Part shown: one piece after another, positions 13,966 to 27,416 of the stretch
How the letters are laid out: each line of letters starts with the position of its first letter
Position numbering within the stretch: position 1 is the first letter of the stretch
Source of the DNA: Parasitella parasitica NRRL 2501
Taxonomy: Eukaryota > Fungi > Mucoromycota
Reading direction: 5' to 3'
Assembly (NCBI GenBank): GCA_025201805.1
Contig: MU619405.1
Span: 1 to 55,589, forward strand
Length of the DNA: 55,589 bases
The notes under the pieces: generated by a model
The model's input: only the letters and a program-made list of their open reading frames with translations
Database searches by the model: none
What the model was told of the DNA's origin: nothing
Made by a program: the position numbers and the translations under genes

Positions 13966-16900
13966 ACCTTTGGAAATAAAAAAAAATAGCCCTTTGAAAA
14001 AATTCAAACCGCCCTTTGGCGTTGGAGCGACTGTATGCTTATTATAAAATAAAAAAAAAGTATAGATCGAAAATACTTGGACTAAAGGGATGTCTGGCAG
14101 AGATCAAATACATTCATAAAGAACTAAAAAAAAAAACTTCGCATCAGACTATGACAAATGCATCAAATGTTGCACAAGAGAAAAACAGCAAAGCGGTCAA
14201 CCCCAAATGTAAACAAGAAAACTATTACATGCTGGTATGATATACATATCATGAAACGTTTACAACAGTAAAGGTGTTAAAATCAAAAGGCAGTGTATTC
14301 CACGAATAACACATACCTCCTTTTTATCTCACATCTATTATTATGGCACTTGAGATGTTATAGATAATGTTGTTATACACTGAGGAAACGAAGACAATCT
14401 TGTCAAATTCAGACGTTCCATTGGTACGACTATAAATTATTTGCCAAATGTACTTCTTCTCTCGATAAGATTCTGTATCACCTCTGGCAAATTTAAGCCG
14501 TATGGCCGAAATGGCAAAATATTCTACTACTAAATCAGCCCAAGCGGATCCAAAACTGGGTGAGTCTCTTTGGGCCCGATTTCTATGGTTTGCTTAAAAC
14601 ATATTTCAGGGTATCATCATCGTCACAGTTCTGTTTGTTTTCTTTGGTGCAACTGAAAACAAGGTAGCGGAAGAGCATTATGAAAATATTTACACATGAA
14701 CAACAAAGTAAACAAAGCCGACAAAGGCGTAGACTGTAGATTCGTACGAATGCTCCCTCGAACGTTGAATGCCGAGTAGCATACATATCACGAGAATAAT
14801 CGAGGTATTCATATCATCAGTCGCTCTCCTGTTTATCAGATTCAGTAAAGTTCGTTTGTAAGATGTTTGGATTTTGCTTTCCTCATTTGGATAAGGAGGG
14901 AATACCTTTATTTACTTGAGGTGCGAATAGCAGATTCAAAGAGACGGAAGACGAAGAGTGCCACGACTCTGCTTCTGGTCAGGTTTTAATTCTGGCAACA
15001 CTACTATTAGATCGATACTTATACTCAGTGATATCGAGAATAGGAAAGGTTTGGGGAGCTAGGAGGAAGATGTGCTTTCTTTGATAGGTATAATACATTG
15101 TAGCGGATCAATTTATCGAATAGATTTATAAATAGTGTTTGGAATATATAGATTTCGTATCATTATTATTTATATCTATAACATTATATTTTATCTCAAT
15201 TGCACCCGCCTCTTCGATAGGAACTCATATCCTATAGTACGCGGCTCAATCAATAAATACAATTTTGAAATATATATATAAATACATGAATCTATTTTAC
15301 CAAGATGCATCAGTATAAAACACTTATTACTGTTTGCAGAACATTTCATTTTTGTGGTAGCTTCAAACAAAGATTGCTTGTTGGAAATTACTGAAACTAC
15401 ACCTTAAAAGAGGACTGGATTGTATGATAATATAATATGCGTAATTGTTAGCTGAAACAAGCCCATAAACTACATAGTTGATCGGAATGCTTTTGGCGCT
15501 CGAGATTCATGCTTGTGTAGGATATATGAAGTGGTTGAGTAACGATAATCCAAAGCATTATCACACTCTGTTTTCACGCACAAACTTTTTTAGACCGATA
15601 AAGTGTCGTCTTTTTTTTCTTATAGTATCAATCGATGTCAACTCAATAAATGTGTATGTTTCGTTGTGCATTAAGGACATGACGAAGAAAGTAATAGTAA
15701 CGCCTAAAAAATGCGTGTTGAGCCGGGCGATGATTCCTTTTCATTGTATACGAAGAATTATCAATCTAGTAGTTGTTTAATTTAATGGATTTCTGGCACA
15801 CCAAGCTTGAAAGCTTTAGGTAGCTTTTAAACCAAAATCGAATCAGTGCGTTCTTGTGGAAAACACTCGAATGATGAAAGTTTTTGATGAGGAGAGTTAT
15901 TGACAAGTCCTTGGTTGATACTACTTCGTCATATACGTTTGTTGTAGACATATTCGTACGATTTATAGATGTCTACTTTATAATCTGGTCCGTTGGTATG
16001 AACATTATAAGATAAATAATTAAATTAGGATAAATGCATGAATCGTTTAATTATTTACCAATGAGCAATGCTAACATGCTGTCTTGATCCCAGCAAAGCC
16101 ATGAAAGAACGTGTGGTGAATGTAACTGGAGGCAGATGAATTTTTGACATAGGCTTCATATGATGATCATACAGGAACGGAATTCTTTCCAGGCACTTGA
16201 GTGAAAAATTAATAACTATTAAATCGTTTGAGAACCTAAGCCGACTAGAGCAAGCAAAACATGTTTCTCATTTTCGCTGACGAGAGAACAAAGAAGGTAA
16301 AGCTGAACACGTTCATATTCTTCGGTTATAGTACTATTCTTGACATCCTAAAGATACAAATACGCTATTGATTAGAATAACTGAAGCTGACATACATTGA
16401 AACTTATCACTAGTGTATCCTTCACATTGGTGAGCAGCCTTTCATTGAATACGCTTCTGTGGTGCAATCTAGTGAGCATGTCATTGCACATGATTCGATG
16501 CGCATGATTTGATGTAATTGCGATGAAGCATTCGTCTACTTTACCCTTCCTTATACTTGATTTATTACATTACTTATGCATGCATGTTACTCGACACTAG
16601 TTTATACCTGATTGGTGTGGCTACGGTAACTACATCAGTAGTCAACAAGCTAACTCCACCTACGCCTTATCCATATAGTCTAAAAGTTCCGTGTCTCTTC
16701 TGGGCCAAGCACTGGTTAATAATGTCTTCAATCATCTCACCAGAATCTGAATCAACTAAACATAGCTACTCACCCAAAACCCAATTCTCAATTCTCAAAT
16801 CTCAAATCTCAACACAATAAACGTGTCATTCCTTCGCCACCAGTACTATGCCCATGAGCTCCTCCGGTACCATGTCCTCTGCCTCTACTAGTACTATTGG

Positions 16901-17984
16901 ACATTTTTGAAATTCCTTGAAAGCGGTTGCTTATGAATAACTTATTTATTTGACAACATGATGGCATCTAGTGGCCATCCTCATCTCCAATACTGAATGT
17001 TTTTCATTTTGCTTTTGTCAGCATTGTCTTATGATAGTAGTGAACATTCTTTAGCCCAAAACGTACATTATATTTCTCCCGGAAATGAAAGTTCTTAACA
17101 TTGGGAATTCTGATCAAAAATGTTTTCATCAAGTTTTTGTTGGCTGATCATCAAACTAATAAGATACAGTAGTTATGCTATCCTAAAATAGCAGTGCTAT
17201 GTTGAATTTTTTGTGATGTCTAATTTTCCACTGATGTTGACAGGAATAGGAGATACAGCAACTTTTTTGGTGTAAACTTTTAGTAACAATATTTTTGATT
17301 CGTTTGTCAATGAGAATAAGGTTCATACCAAATCATAGCTATCACTCTGCAACAAAAAAAAGATCACTTTATGCATGTGATAGTTTCAGTTCAAATCGTA
17401 TTTGTGTACGCACAATAAGTGTGTTACGGTCAATTTAGGAGATCTGCTTTGGGTTGATATAATACTGCATACATGAACGACGAGTGCATGCGCGAGCATT
17501 GCGTTTTACTCCAAGATTAACCTCTCAACCCTCAAAAACGTACAATACAAAAGGTTTACCAACCAAAGCATGTCATGTGGTTTCCGTTTCAAGAAAAGGA
17601 GAATTTGAGTGATACAAAATCAATTTTGATTTTATTATTAAAAATCCCTTTGTATGAAAACTTATTACATTACATTATACAGAACCCTTAAAACAAAGGC
17701 AAAAGAAGAAAAAAGAAAACATCTCTACAGAGTATTTCATTATTGTTGTCATGCTGCAGTTAGTGCGGTTATTGTTGTTGTATCACGTTGTTGAAATAAA
17801 GACACGTATTGCAATGATTTAAGGTTTGAGGTGTATTGTGTAGTCGCCTCTCCGAAGAATTTGGCTGTCGGTTGGGTCAGTATAGGGTACTCGTCTCGAT
17901 CCTTATTTTACTCACACAAAACCCGCTCTAAATTATCTTCTCTTTTCTTCACTTTGTTTTCAGTTGCAAAAGAATATTAATAAA

Positions 17985-18961
<977 letters not shown>

Positions 18962-19280
18962 ATGTATAGTGAATGTCATATTATTCCCCTTTAAATGAAA
19001 AGAAAACTAGTAATAAAAATGTATGTCATTGATGCATGGACTATTTATCAACAATATGGGCTACTTGGGCCAGAAACAAAGAGTCGATCTGTAAAACACC
19101 ATAACTCACAAATGTTTGCATTTATATAAAAATGAAATTTATAATATCCAGACTAGGTCATACATTTAAGATCTGACTGTATACAAACAGAGAAAAAAGA
19201 AAGATTTGGCAAACTGCATTTGCGTTATCAGTGAGAGAGTACTTTCTTTCAGACCAGCTAGTAATGATCTTCCCGTATAG

Positions 19281-20002
19281 TTGTGTTACAAAGCCGCTAA
19301 AGAAAATGCAGCGACAGCTTTGAACGCAGAGCTCACGCTGGCCAGGGAAGAAACTGCATGTAAAGCAACGCTTCATAAAACAAGGCCACCGATTTATGAG
19401 CGCCTTAGTAAAATGCGATTGCATCGAAAAACACGTACAAAGTTTGTAGATACCATACAAAAAAACCATAGCAGGATGTGTCAATAGCGCATTTGTCTTG
19501 GATGACAAACAGTAAAGTGAGCAAAGGGTACAAATTGTTAGGTTTGGCTGATCAAAAATGGTCTTCTAAACGTCTACGAGAAATAAGCAGCAGGCATTTT
19601 GGAAGGCTCAAAGAGCAGTAGGCAAACAAGCGTAGTAAGGAGATCTACCTTGAAGCCTTTTACTGCTTTAATTCCAGGATTAAGGGGCCCCGCACGTTCG
19701 GTGGCAAATGGAAACCCACCTGGCATTCACGGTAATGCCCCACCTTCATCACCAACGAGTACAACTAAGGCTAGACATCCGTTTACTGCTTCACCAAAAC
19801 TAACCCATCTAGCAAAGGCTGTCACTACCAAGTTGAGTGTTTAGCTGAAGTCAGTAAACGGAACCTCTGTGTGCTCCAACCCAGGCCTCGTTGCTCTGGG
19901 TGTAACTATGCTCTCGTTTTAAAGTATCGGTCCCTTTCTGACAAGAAACGCACAAGGGCTGTAGCTCGATGAGCTGGATACTTGAGAGGTATGTGTAGCT
20001 TT
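19281..20002 (+). mobile_element. Degenerate Fanzor (TnpB-like RuvC nuclease) relic with putative omegaRNA fold at its 3' end
   Basis: Reading through stops and a frameshift from 19667 gives FNSRIKGPRTFGGKWKPTWHSR*CPTFITNEYN*G*TSVYCFTK/LTHL...LKSVNGTSVCSNP. This is the RuvC-II (ITNEY) plus zinc-finger layout of Fanzor. The tail FLTRNAQGL*LDELDT* overlaps a three-way-junction structure at 19955-20002. Confidence 0.72.
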
Positions 20003-21007
20003 AAATACCCAAATTTAAATCACTAAATCTCTTCCCTTTGATGATGTCCTTTTAATTCCATTTCTCCAATGTGTAAAGTACATCAATCATTCGACAAGTT
20101 TCATTTGCTTAACTGCTCTTTTTCAAACTGTAGCTGGACCGCTTCAGTATAGCAAAGTCAGACGGTTGACCTATCGCTGAAGAATACGATAATGAGACTC
20201 CATACAGTCATTGATGGCATCATTGAATTGTTACAAACACTGGCTATTGTTAAACAATCAGAAAAAAAAAGTTTTGATTTTCACATGCTTTCCTTTTAAT
20301 TACATAAAAAGAATCATTATGTTATATATTCCTGCTTAAACAAGGGTGGGCAAAATTTGTTGTCGGCTTCCATTTGCTTGTTTGGCAACCCCGAGTGGGC
20401 TTGTTTAGTGAACTATTATAAAGGCTTTTGAAGCCGAAAATCTCACATGAAGTATAGCACAGACAGACGTGATAAAGTATTCAGATCGCCGTCTTCAGTT
20501 TTATTCGTTTTTTGTCATTATTCATTTGAGATCAAAAGACTACAAGGTTTTATCAAGAGATCGCCAGCCCCTCGGACACGCGTATCATGTATCCGAGCAA
20601 CTAATAAGCTAGTGGCAGTCAGGTTTCGTCACTGTTCGTTGATCTGCAAGGTTTTAGTCCCATTCAGCACAGAAGCAGAGTGTCATGTAAAAGCATTGCA
20701 TTATATATCATATGTAAAATGTTCTCCACGTGTGAAATGTGAAGTATGTTTAGGCGTTTTTCGAACAACACATACGATTTATCGTCATTTTGTTAAAAGA
20801 CAAACAAACGGGATTACTCTTATTGGTAATCAAGAATCCGTCTTGGCTTGGAGGCTTGCTGGACTCTTTGTTCAAAGACACGGAGCTTATTTTTTTCAGG
20901 TTTCAGCAATATGCTTCTACGCTCGGTTCGGGTATTCTTAAATTTAATATAAAAGCTGGATTGATTCCTATGCTCCTCTCTTCTCCTTTTGTCTTCATTT
21001 AAAAATA

Positions 21008-21265
21008 ATGCAACACCAACAACTAAGATTACGTGAACTTTTGATTCAACTTGTAAATACATTTAAACACTCTTTTGAATTCTCGAAAGTTTCGTGTGAT
21101 CAGTCGTCAACAGAGATTGCCAATGCAAAACTATCTCAATTTGAAAAAACCTATGTATCATTTCCCGAGTTTGTTGACATTGGAGTAACAACAGCAACCA
21201 CAGAGAATGCCGTAAACCATTCTCATCAGCCTTGGCTTCAGCACAGCAGCACACTTACATGCTAA
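21008..21265 (+). CDS. Small hypothetical protein (85 aa)
   Basis: TATAAAA at about 20948, a CT-rich leader, a good aaaataATG context and an AT-rich 3' UTR with aataataaa. No recognised domain. Confidence 0.5.
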   Translation: MQHQQLRLRELLIQLVNTFKHSFEFSKVSCDQSSTEIANAKLSQFEKTYVSFPEFVDIGVTTATTENAVNHSHQPWLQHSSTLTC

Positions 21266-22887
21266 TATGCTCTACTCCATTTTGTATATACTATATATTT
21301 ACCTACATATTTTTCACCTCATATACCACCAGCTACTATTTTTTTTTTTTTTTGCCAAAAAATAATAAACTCCCTTAGTAGTGTTTTGACCTACCAAATC
21401 ATTAGGAAAAAAAAGCCTTCCGCTCAGGCCAATCATTTGAACAGTGCGCATGTTGTCCGGAAATAGCTTGCTAAGTTACTAAATAAGAGAATTTATATCT
21501 CACAGCTCATAATAATAGATTCAATTATGTGCAATTTGCGAGGTGCTTAACTGTTCATCTTTCTAAATGTCTTGGAGACAAAAGAGAGGCGGGTGGCGTA
21601 TCTCAGTTTCGAACAAATGAACTATGATGGTGATGCAATGTAACACCTGAAGCGAGGTGTTTTTGGCTTAAAACCTTTTCCCAATATGAAATAATATTAG
21701 GCTATATTTTTTCCTTCAAACCAAATGTCTCCGAATCAAATATAGAAACCAAGATCTGTTTGATTATATCCCAACGAACAAGAGGGAAAAGCATGGTTTG
21801 ATCACAATTGTTTACTGTAAAAAAAAAAGGGCTAAAATCTATTTGTTTACCAATAGAAAAAAAGCCTTGACAAGTTCCTTAATTCGATTTAGTCAACTAT
21901 GATCATTCAGGCCAAACAAAAGGCTGATCTTACATCCGAAACCATGTGTATAATTATCCACATGCAACCCAGCCAGTGATCTGTCACTAATAACGTCTAG
22001 ATATATCGGAATTGGATCAAGTACATTTTGAATAAGCCATTAAATTAAAAAAAATGACTGTGCAGGTCAATTGAGACGGTAATAGGAAATGCCTAAATTC
22101 TTGATGTAAGCATACATTGTTAGTTGCTCAGTGACACCTGCTAGACCATCATTGCATCATATAAACGCTAATACCTTATCATTGCTATAGAAACTAATAC
22201 ACATTTGTTTTTTATCGTCTCCCGATTACTCCGATTATTCGATTAATGAAAACTGTTCTTGCGGCGACAACAATCTTCAAATACATATGCTATTACCAAC
22301 AATGCGTTTATTATTGGTTGTGTTTGAGGATAATTACGATAATGAAGTACGTTACTTTTTTATTAAATGCAACTCTTTCCTGTGAAACTATCAATAGCCA
22401 AAGAAAGCTCTAAATTAAACGCATTAAACATACCAGGCTAGACTGATCTCTTCTGGAATACATGTATATTGTTATTTATCGCGATTTCGTCAATTGATGA
22501 CAGTTGATGAAAAGGACATATTCAAGAATGATAATATTCATAGCTAGATGAGAAAAGGCACTTAAGTCCTCGTTTACCATACAGTATATACACTAACACG
22601 ATTTATCGCAATTGTACCACGTATATGTCCAGATGCCCAACTTCTCTGTGTAAAATCGTGAAACAATACCTCATAGTGAATGAACGCTGTGAATCTAACC
22701 CAAAGGTTTTCTGTATATGTTGAACTCAACGATATAAATAAAAATAGAAAGCACTCTCTGGCAGAAGATGTTGATAATATTATTATTGGCTTCTACTGTT
22801 GAACTGAGGCTCATTCAAATCTCACATTCGATTACTTGAAGTGTAATATACTTAATGTTTTGACAACAACCCAAATAACATATAAGC

Positions 22888-22996
22888 ACGAGCTGTGCAC
22901 CCCCCCCCCCATGAGAACGAAGGTCGAAAAATATCACCGTAGCGAAGCGAAGGTCGATTATTTTCACCGTAGTTCGGGGGGTGTATAAAAGCTCGT
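22888..22996. repeat. Quasi-palindromic ~110-bp element with internal 30-bp tandem duplication (MITE-like)
   Basis: Outer arms are acgagct..gcacccccc and ggggggtgtat..agctcgt. Internal units are cgaaggtcgaaaaatatcaccgtag (22918-22942) and cgaaggtcgattattttcaccgtag (22948-22972). Confidence 0.75.
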
Positions 22997-23363
22997 AACC
23001 AAATTAAAGAATCTAGAGCACCTAAACTTTGTCTCTCTTTTTTTATATAGGAAGAAAGTAACTTTGGTGGCCATTTTCATTTGATTGGAATGCAATTTTT
23101 AACAGGTTCAAAATACAAAAAGATTCTGTTTCGATATAATCCCTTTTCTATTGTATTTGCTCAATTATATACTATGACGTAGAGCTTTCACGCAATAATT
23201 AACTTGGATTCACAAAACAACATTTTGGAACAAGTCTTCGTCTTTTGATGATCAGTTTAAAATTGCCCTAAATACACACATACGACCAGAGTGAATTATA
23301 TTACCAGGCACTGTCCATCTATTGCATCTTACTTTTTCATCCATCCATCCAACATAACATAAT

Positions 23364-24720
23364 ATGGTAAATACAATGCATATTTTGTTGAATAACAAAA
23401 TAAAGCTAACAGCATCCATTATTTATAGTCTCACAGGTGCGATTTCCTTTATTTTTCTCTGCCAAAAAAATACGCAACTAACGTATGCTATGTATTTTTT
23501 GTAGAAAGTTTGAAGCTCCCCGTCATGGCCATTTAGGCTTCGGTCCTCGCAAGAGAACCAGATCCCACCGTGGCCGTGTCAAGGCCTATCCTAAGGATAA
23601 CTCTAAGCTTCCTGTTCACTTGACTGCTTTCATGGGTTACAAGGCTGGTATGACACACATTGTCCGTGATCTTGAACGTCCTGGTTCCAGTAAGTTTTAT
23701 GTAAAGCATCGAATTGAGTCAATCCTCTAATATCATCACAAATTTGCTGTAGAGATGCACAAAAAGGAAGTTGTCGAAGCTGTTACTGTTATCGAATCTC
23801 CTCCCATGGTTGTTGTTGGTGTTGTTGGTTACATCGAAACTCCTCGTGGTCTTCGCTCTTTGACCACTGTTTGGGCCGAACATCTCTCTGAAGAGGCCAA
23901 GCGTCGCTTTTACAAGAACTGGTACCGCTCCAAGAAGAAGGCTTTCACCAAGTATGCTCAAAAGTATGCTGATAACGGTAAGGATGTTGCTCGTGAAGCT
24001 GAACGTATCAAGAAGTATTGTTCAGTTGTCCGTGTCATTGCCCACACCCAAATCTCCAAAGCCAAGCTTCATCAACGCAAGGCTCATCTTATGGAAATTC
24101 AATTAAATGGTGGCTCAATTGCTGATAAGGTCGAGTGGGCTCGTAGCCATTTCGAGAAGGAAATTGCTGTTGGTTCCATCTTTGAACAGGATGAGATGAT
24201 CGATATTATTGCTACCACAAAGGGTCATGGGTTTGAAGGTGTAACTGCACGTTGGGGTACCAAGAAGTTGCCTCGTAAAACTCATCGTGGTCTTCGTAAG
24301 GTTGCTTGTATCGGTGCATGGCATCCTAGCAGAGTCATGTACTCTGTCGCTCGTGCTGGTCAACGTGGTTATCATCGCCGTACTGAAATCAACAAGAAGA
24401 TCTACCGTATCGCCAGTGGCTCTGATGCCAAGTCTGGTACTACTGAATATGATTTGACTGAAAAGCCCATCACTCCTATGGGTGGTTTCCCTCACTATGG
24501 CGTTGTTAACGAAGATTTCGTGATGATTAAAGGCTGCTGTGCTGGTTCCAAGAAGCGTGTCATCACTCTTCGTAAATCCCTCACTGTCCACACCAAGCGC
24601 TCTGCTTTGGAAAAGGTCTCTATCAAATTCATCGATACCTCCTCTAAGTTTGGCCATGGTCGCTTCCAAACTCCTGCCGAAAAACATCAATTCATGGGTA
24701 CTCTTAAGAAAGATGTCTAA
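23364..24720 (+). CDS. RPL3: 60S ribosomal protein L3 (uL3)
   Basis: Exons 23364-23366 (ATG), 23429-23436, 23505-23689 and 23753-24720 give [16 protein letters not shown]...[11 protein letters not shown]...[13 protein letters not shown]. Confidence 0.99.
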
Positions 24721-25799
24721 TTATATTGCTTGTATTTCTCCTTTCTTTTTGTTATTTAACATTGCTCAATTCGAAATTGTATAATAAACAACTCCTTTGT
24801 TGATTTGGCTACTGTTAATGACACCCAAGTAGTTTATGACTTGATATATTATATTTCTCGAATATTTTGCAAGGAGAAGTTAGAATATTAGCATATAAAG
24901 ATATGTAGCAAGTTGTCTGGGTAATCGACCGTCTGGTAATCTAGCAAGGGCGACATCATGCATCCACTACATCGGACCGAATCTGTTGTGATTTTACACT
25001 CATGGCATTTTGAAATAGTACTCCACAAACCAGAGCTTTCCCATGGGGAAGTTGTTTAATGTTATTCTTCGATTAGCAACCCTTAACAGTGTCATTTACA
25101 AGGGTAAAAGGCTGCTCGCAGAGAATCTTGCTTCTCTGTGCTTCGATTCGCTTGCAAAACGTATTCTAGGTGTGACAAACCGGGAAAATTAACCATGTAA
25201 ATTTTCATCATGACATGCCTCTAATGCAAGACATATAAAAACGAATTCGGACTGTAAGCACGGTATCTAAAGTACGCTAGTATAATTCACAATGGATATG
25301 AATTCAGCTTTCTACTCGAAGGTTCATTATCTTGCATGAAATATTTGTTTTACACTACTGTTCGCCCTTCAAGAACGACTCAATATACTCAGATGTGTTC
25401 CTGTGCCTATATTAGGGTGTTCTGGGACTAAAGCTTGCATATGTTTTGTGCATGTGTCACTATTATTACTTTTTCAAAACTACATGTCCGTTTCGCATCG
25501 ATCAATTATCATATAACAATACCTGGTTGATTATAATCACATTAACTTGCTCCCAGGAGCTATGATCAATACGATAAAAGGGGCTGATTGTAGTTATGAA
25601 ATTGTTCCATCCTTTTAGCTCTATTGTAACCTCTCAATGATCGTTCTGTGATTTGGCGCAGATGTAATTAGTTAGGAGTTGCCACGCTCCTACAGGTTAA
25701 GTTGCCCAGAGGAAAAAAGGCTAGCCTGTTACGACTTTTGAAGTTAATTTGACCAGCTTTTTGGATCAATTTCTAGTCAAATCAATTACAAAAGTTATT

Positions 25800-26756
25800 T
25801 ATTCAAGCTATTATGAAAGTAATTGATAGAATGTTGAATGAAGTCCTGCAAATGGTCTACTTTCTTCAATTTACCTCTTTTGACGCTATCCTCAACATTT
25901 TTAAAACTGCTCAACAGGATTGAGAAGAATAAGGAAGACCAACAAGACAAAGACGAACAAGATGCAGAAGAAAAAGATGAAGAAGGTAGCAAAATTATCT
26001 AACTGAATAATGTAAGTACGTTAAAATAAGTTTTGATTTATGTGTGGAATGTCAACTTTAATAGCCATGTATGCTGCATTTTTTAGCATAAATAAATTTA
26101 AAAGACTAAGAAACCTTATTCTCATCAAATTTTGAATTTTTACTCACTATTATATTTCAAGGCGACAACATCTCCATAGAATCTGGTGAAAGCCTCTCGG
26201 AAGCTACTTCGCGTGCTGCTGCTGCTAATAGTCACTCTACCTCTGATTTCGGCCGCAGAATAGATGTACTCATTCATAATTGTTGCTATGGTATTCGCAG
26301 TGAATATTGCTGTATTGAATTTAAAAAACAAGACGCAAAGACGGGGCTCTTAACGTTCCAACAATCAAAAAATATCCGTATCAATGGCGCCATCTTGAAT
26401 GATTTGATAGCCAAAGCAAATGCAGAAGACATTTACTTGATTTATATGGGTTTTTGGGGGGTGCTGATGGATATGTCGCTGGCTTAAAGCTCTTTATTCA
26501 TTTGCCTGTCAATCTCATTGAGCTCGAAGATTTTCGCGACACCATTAAATTATTGTATCAATGGCATCAGCATATATTACACCAAAGCCAAAGGCTAGCC
26601 CTTGGTGTCTTCAAAGAGAAACGTAAGTACGAGACAGTTGAAATCAGCCGCCCATCCACTTTTATATACCTCAGCCCTGGAAGAGTACCCACAAGGGAGC
26701 CATTGGATATATTACCCCCCCCCCCCAGCAAAAACAAAAGAAGTAAAGGTAATTAA
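25800..26756 (+). pseudogene. Disrupted member of a Mucorales multicopy PD-(D/E)xK restriction-endonuclease-like (Crinkler/CR-REase-type) family
   Basis: Frame from 26110 reads ETLF...SGESLSEAT...FGRRIDVLI...EYCCIEFKK...QQSKNIRINGAIL...IYMGFWG/GADGY...LPVNLIELEDFRDTIKLLYQW. In-frame TAA at 26107-26109 and a frameshift in the T/G run at about 26455. The 5' boundary is approximate. Confidence 0.65.
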
Positions 26757-27416
26757 TAGCCGATACTCTGTCCCACATGCTGTGCCAACCCTTTTATATT
26801 TATATATCACAACCATTCATATGTATTCATCATTACAAACTAACACAACGCTCAAATCCATTTCATAATTTATATAATAAGAAGTTGGAAGCAATCATCT
26901 ACGCATCTTTCTTGAGCTATAGTATTAAAGTATATATATCAAATGATTTTGAATAGCACTAATGACCCTCATCAGTGTTAAACTTCATAATAAAATATAT
27001 CAAGTTCTATTATATATTATTATTGTATTCCAAACACTGTCGAGCATTTAAATTACTTCATTCATCATTCTATCAAATGCTTCCATAATTGCCTAAATAA
27101 AGAATCTTTGCCATTGATTTGATCAACTTGCAGTAATTGTTAATTTAGTTTCTAACTAGCAAGCGGTGTCTTAAAAATCGGTAGAAAGTGAGAGTGAGAT
27201 TATTGCTAAATCAAGACAAGTGTTCATTAAGATGATGTGCTACATTTCAACATTGGACAAATAATGGTATAAAGAATGAAAGAGCACCCGTATGATCTCT
27301 TCTGTTTTTTTCTGTTTCTCTTTTTCTAATTATTATTTTTTATACATATCCTTGCTTTATAAATCAACGGCTGTTGCTTTTTTCCATTCATTAGATTTAA
27401 AAAACTATCGTCATAT

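Noticed and set aside
15099-15290. Solo-LTR-like stretch (TGTAGCG start, TATAAATA, AATAAA, ..ACA)
   Set aside because: I could not find a target-site duplication, a second LTR or internal domains.
20447-20941. 164-aa ORF
   Set aside because: No recognisable motifs and atypical composition. It overlaps the likely promoter of the small ORF at 21008.
25090-25125. Minus-strand GCCTTTTAC (U5 snRNA loop I sequence) inside a weak stem
   Set aside because: The loop size is wrong, the stem relies on G-U pairs, and there is no downstream Sm site or 3' hairpin. Probably chance.
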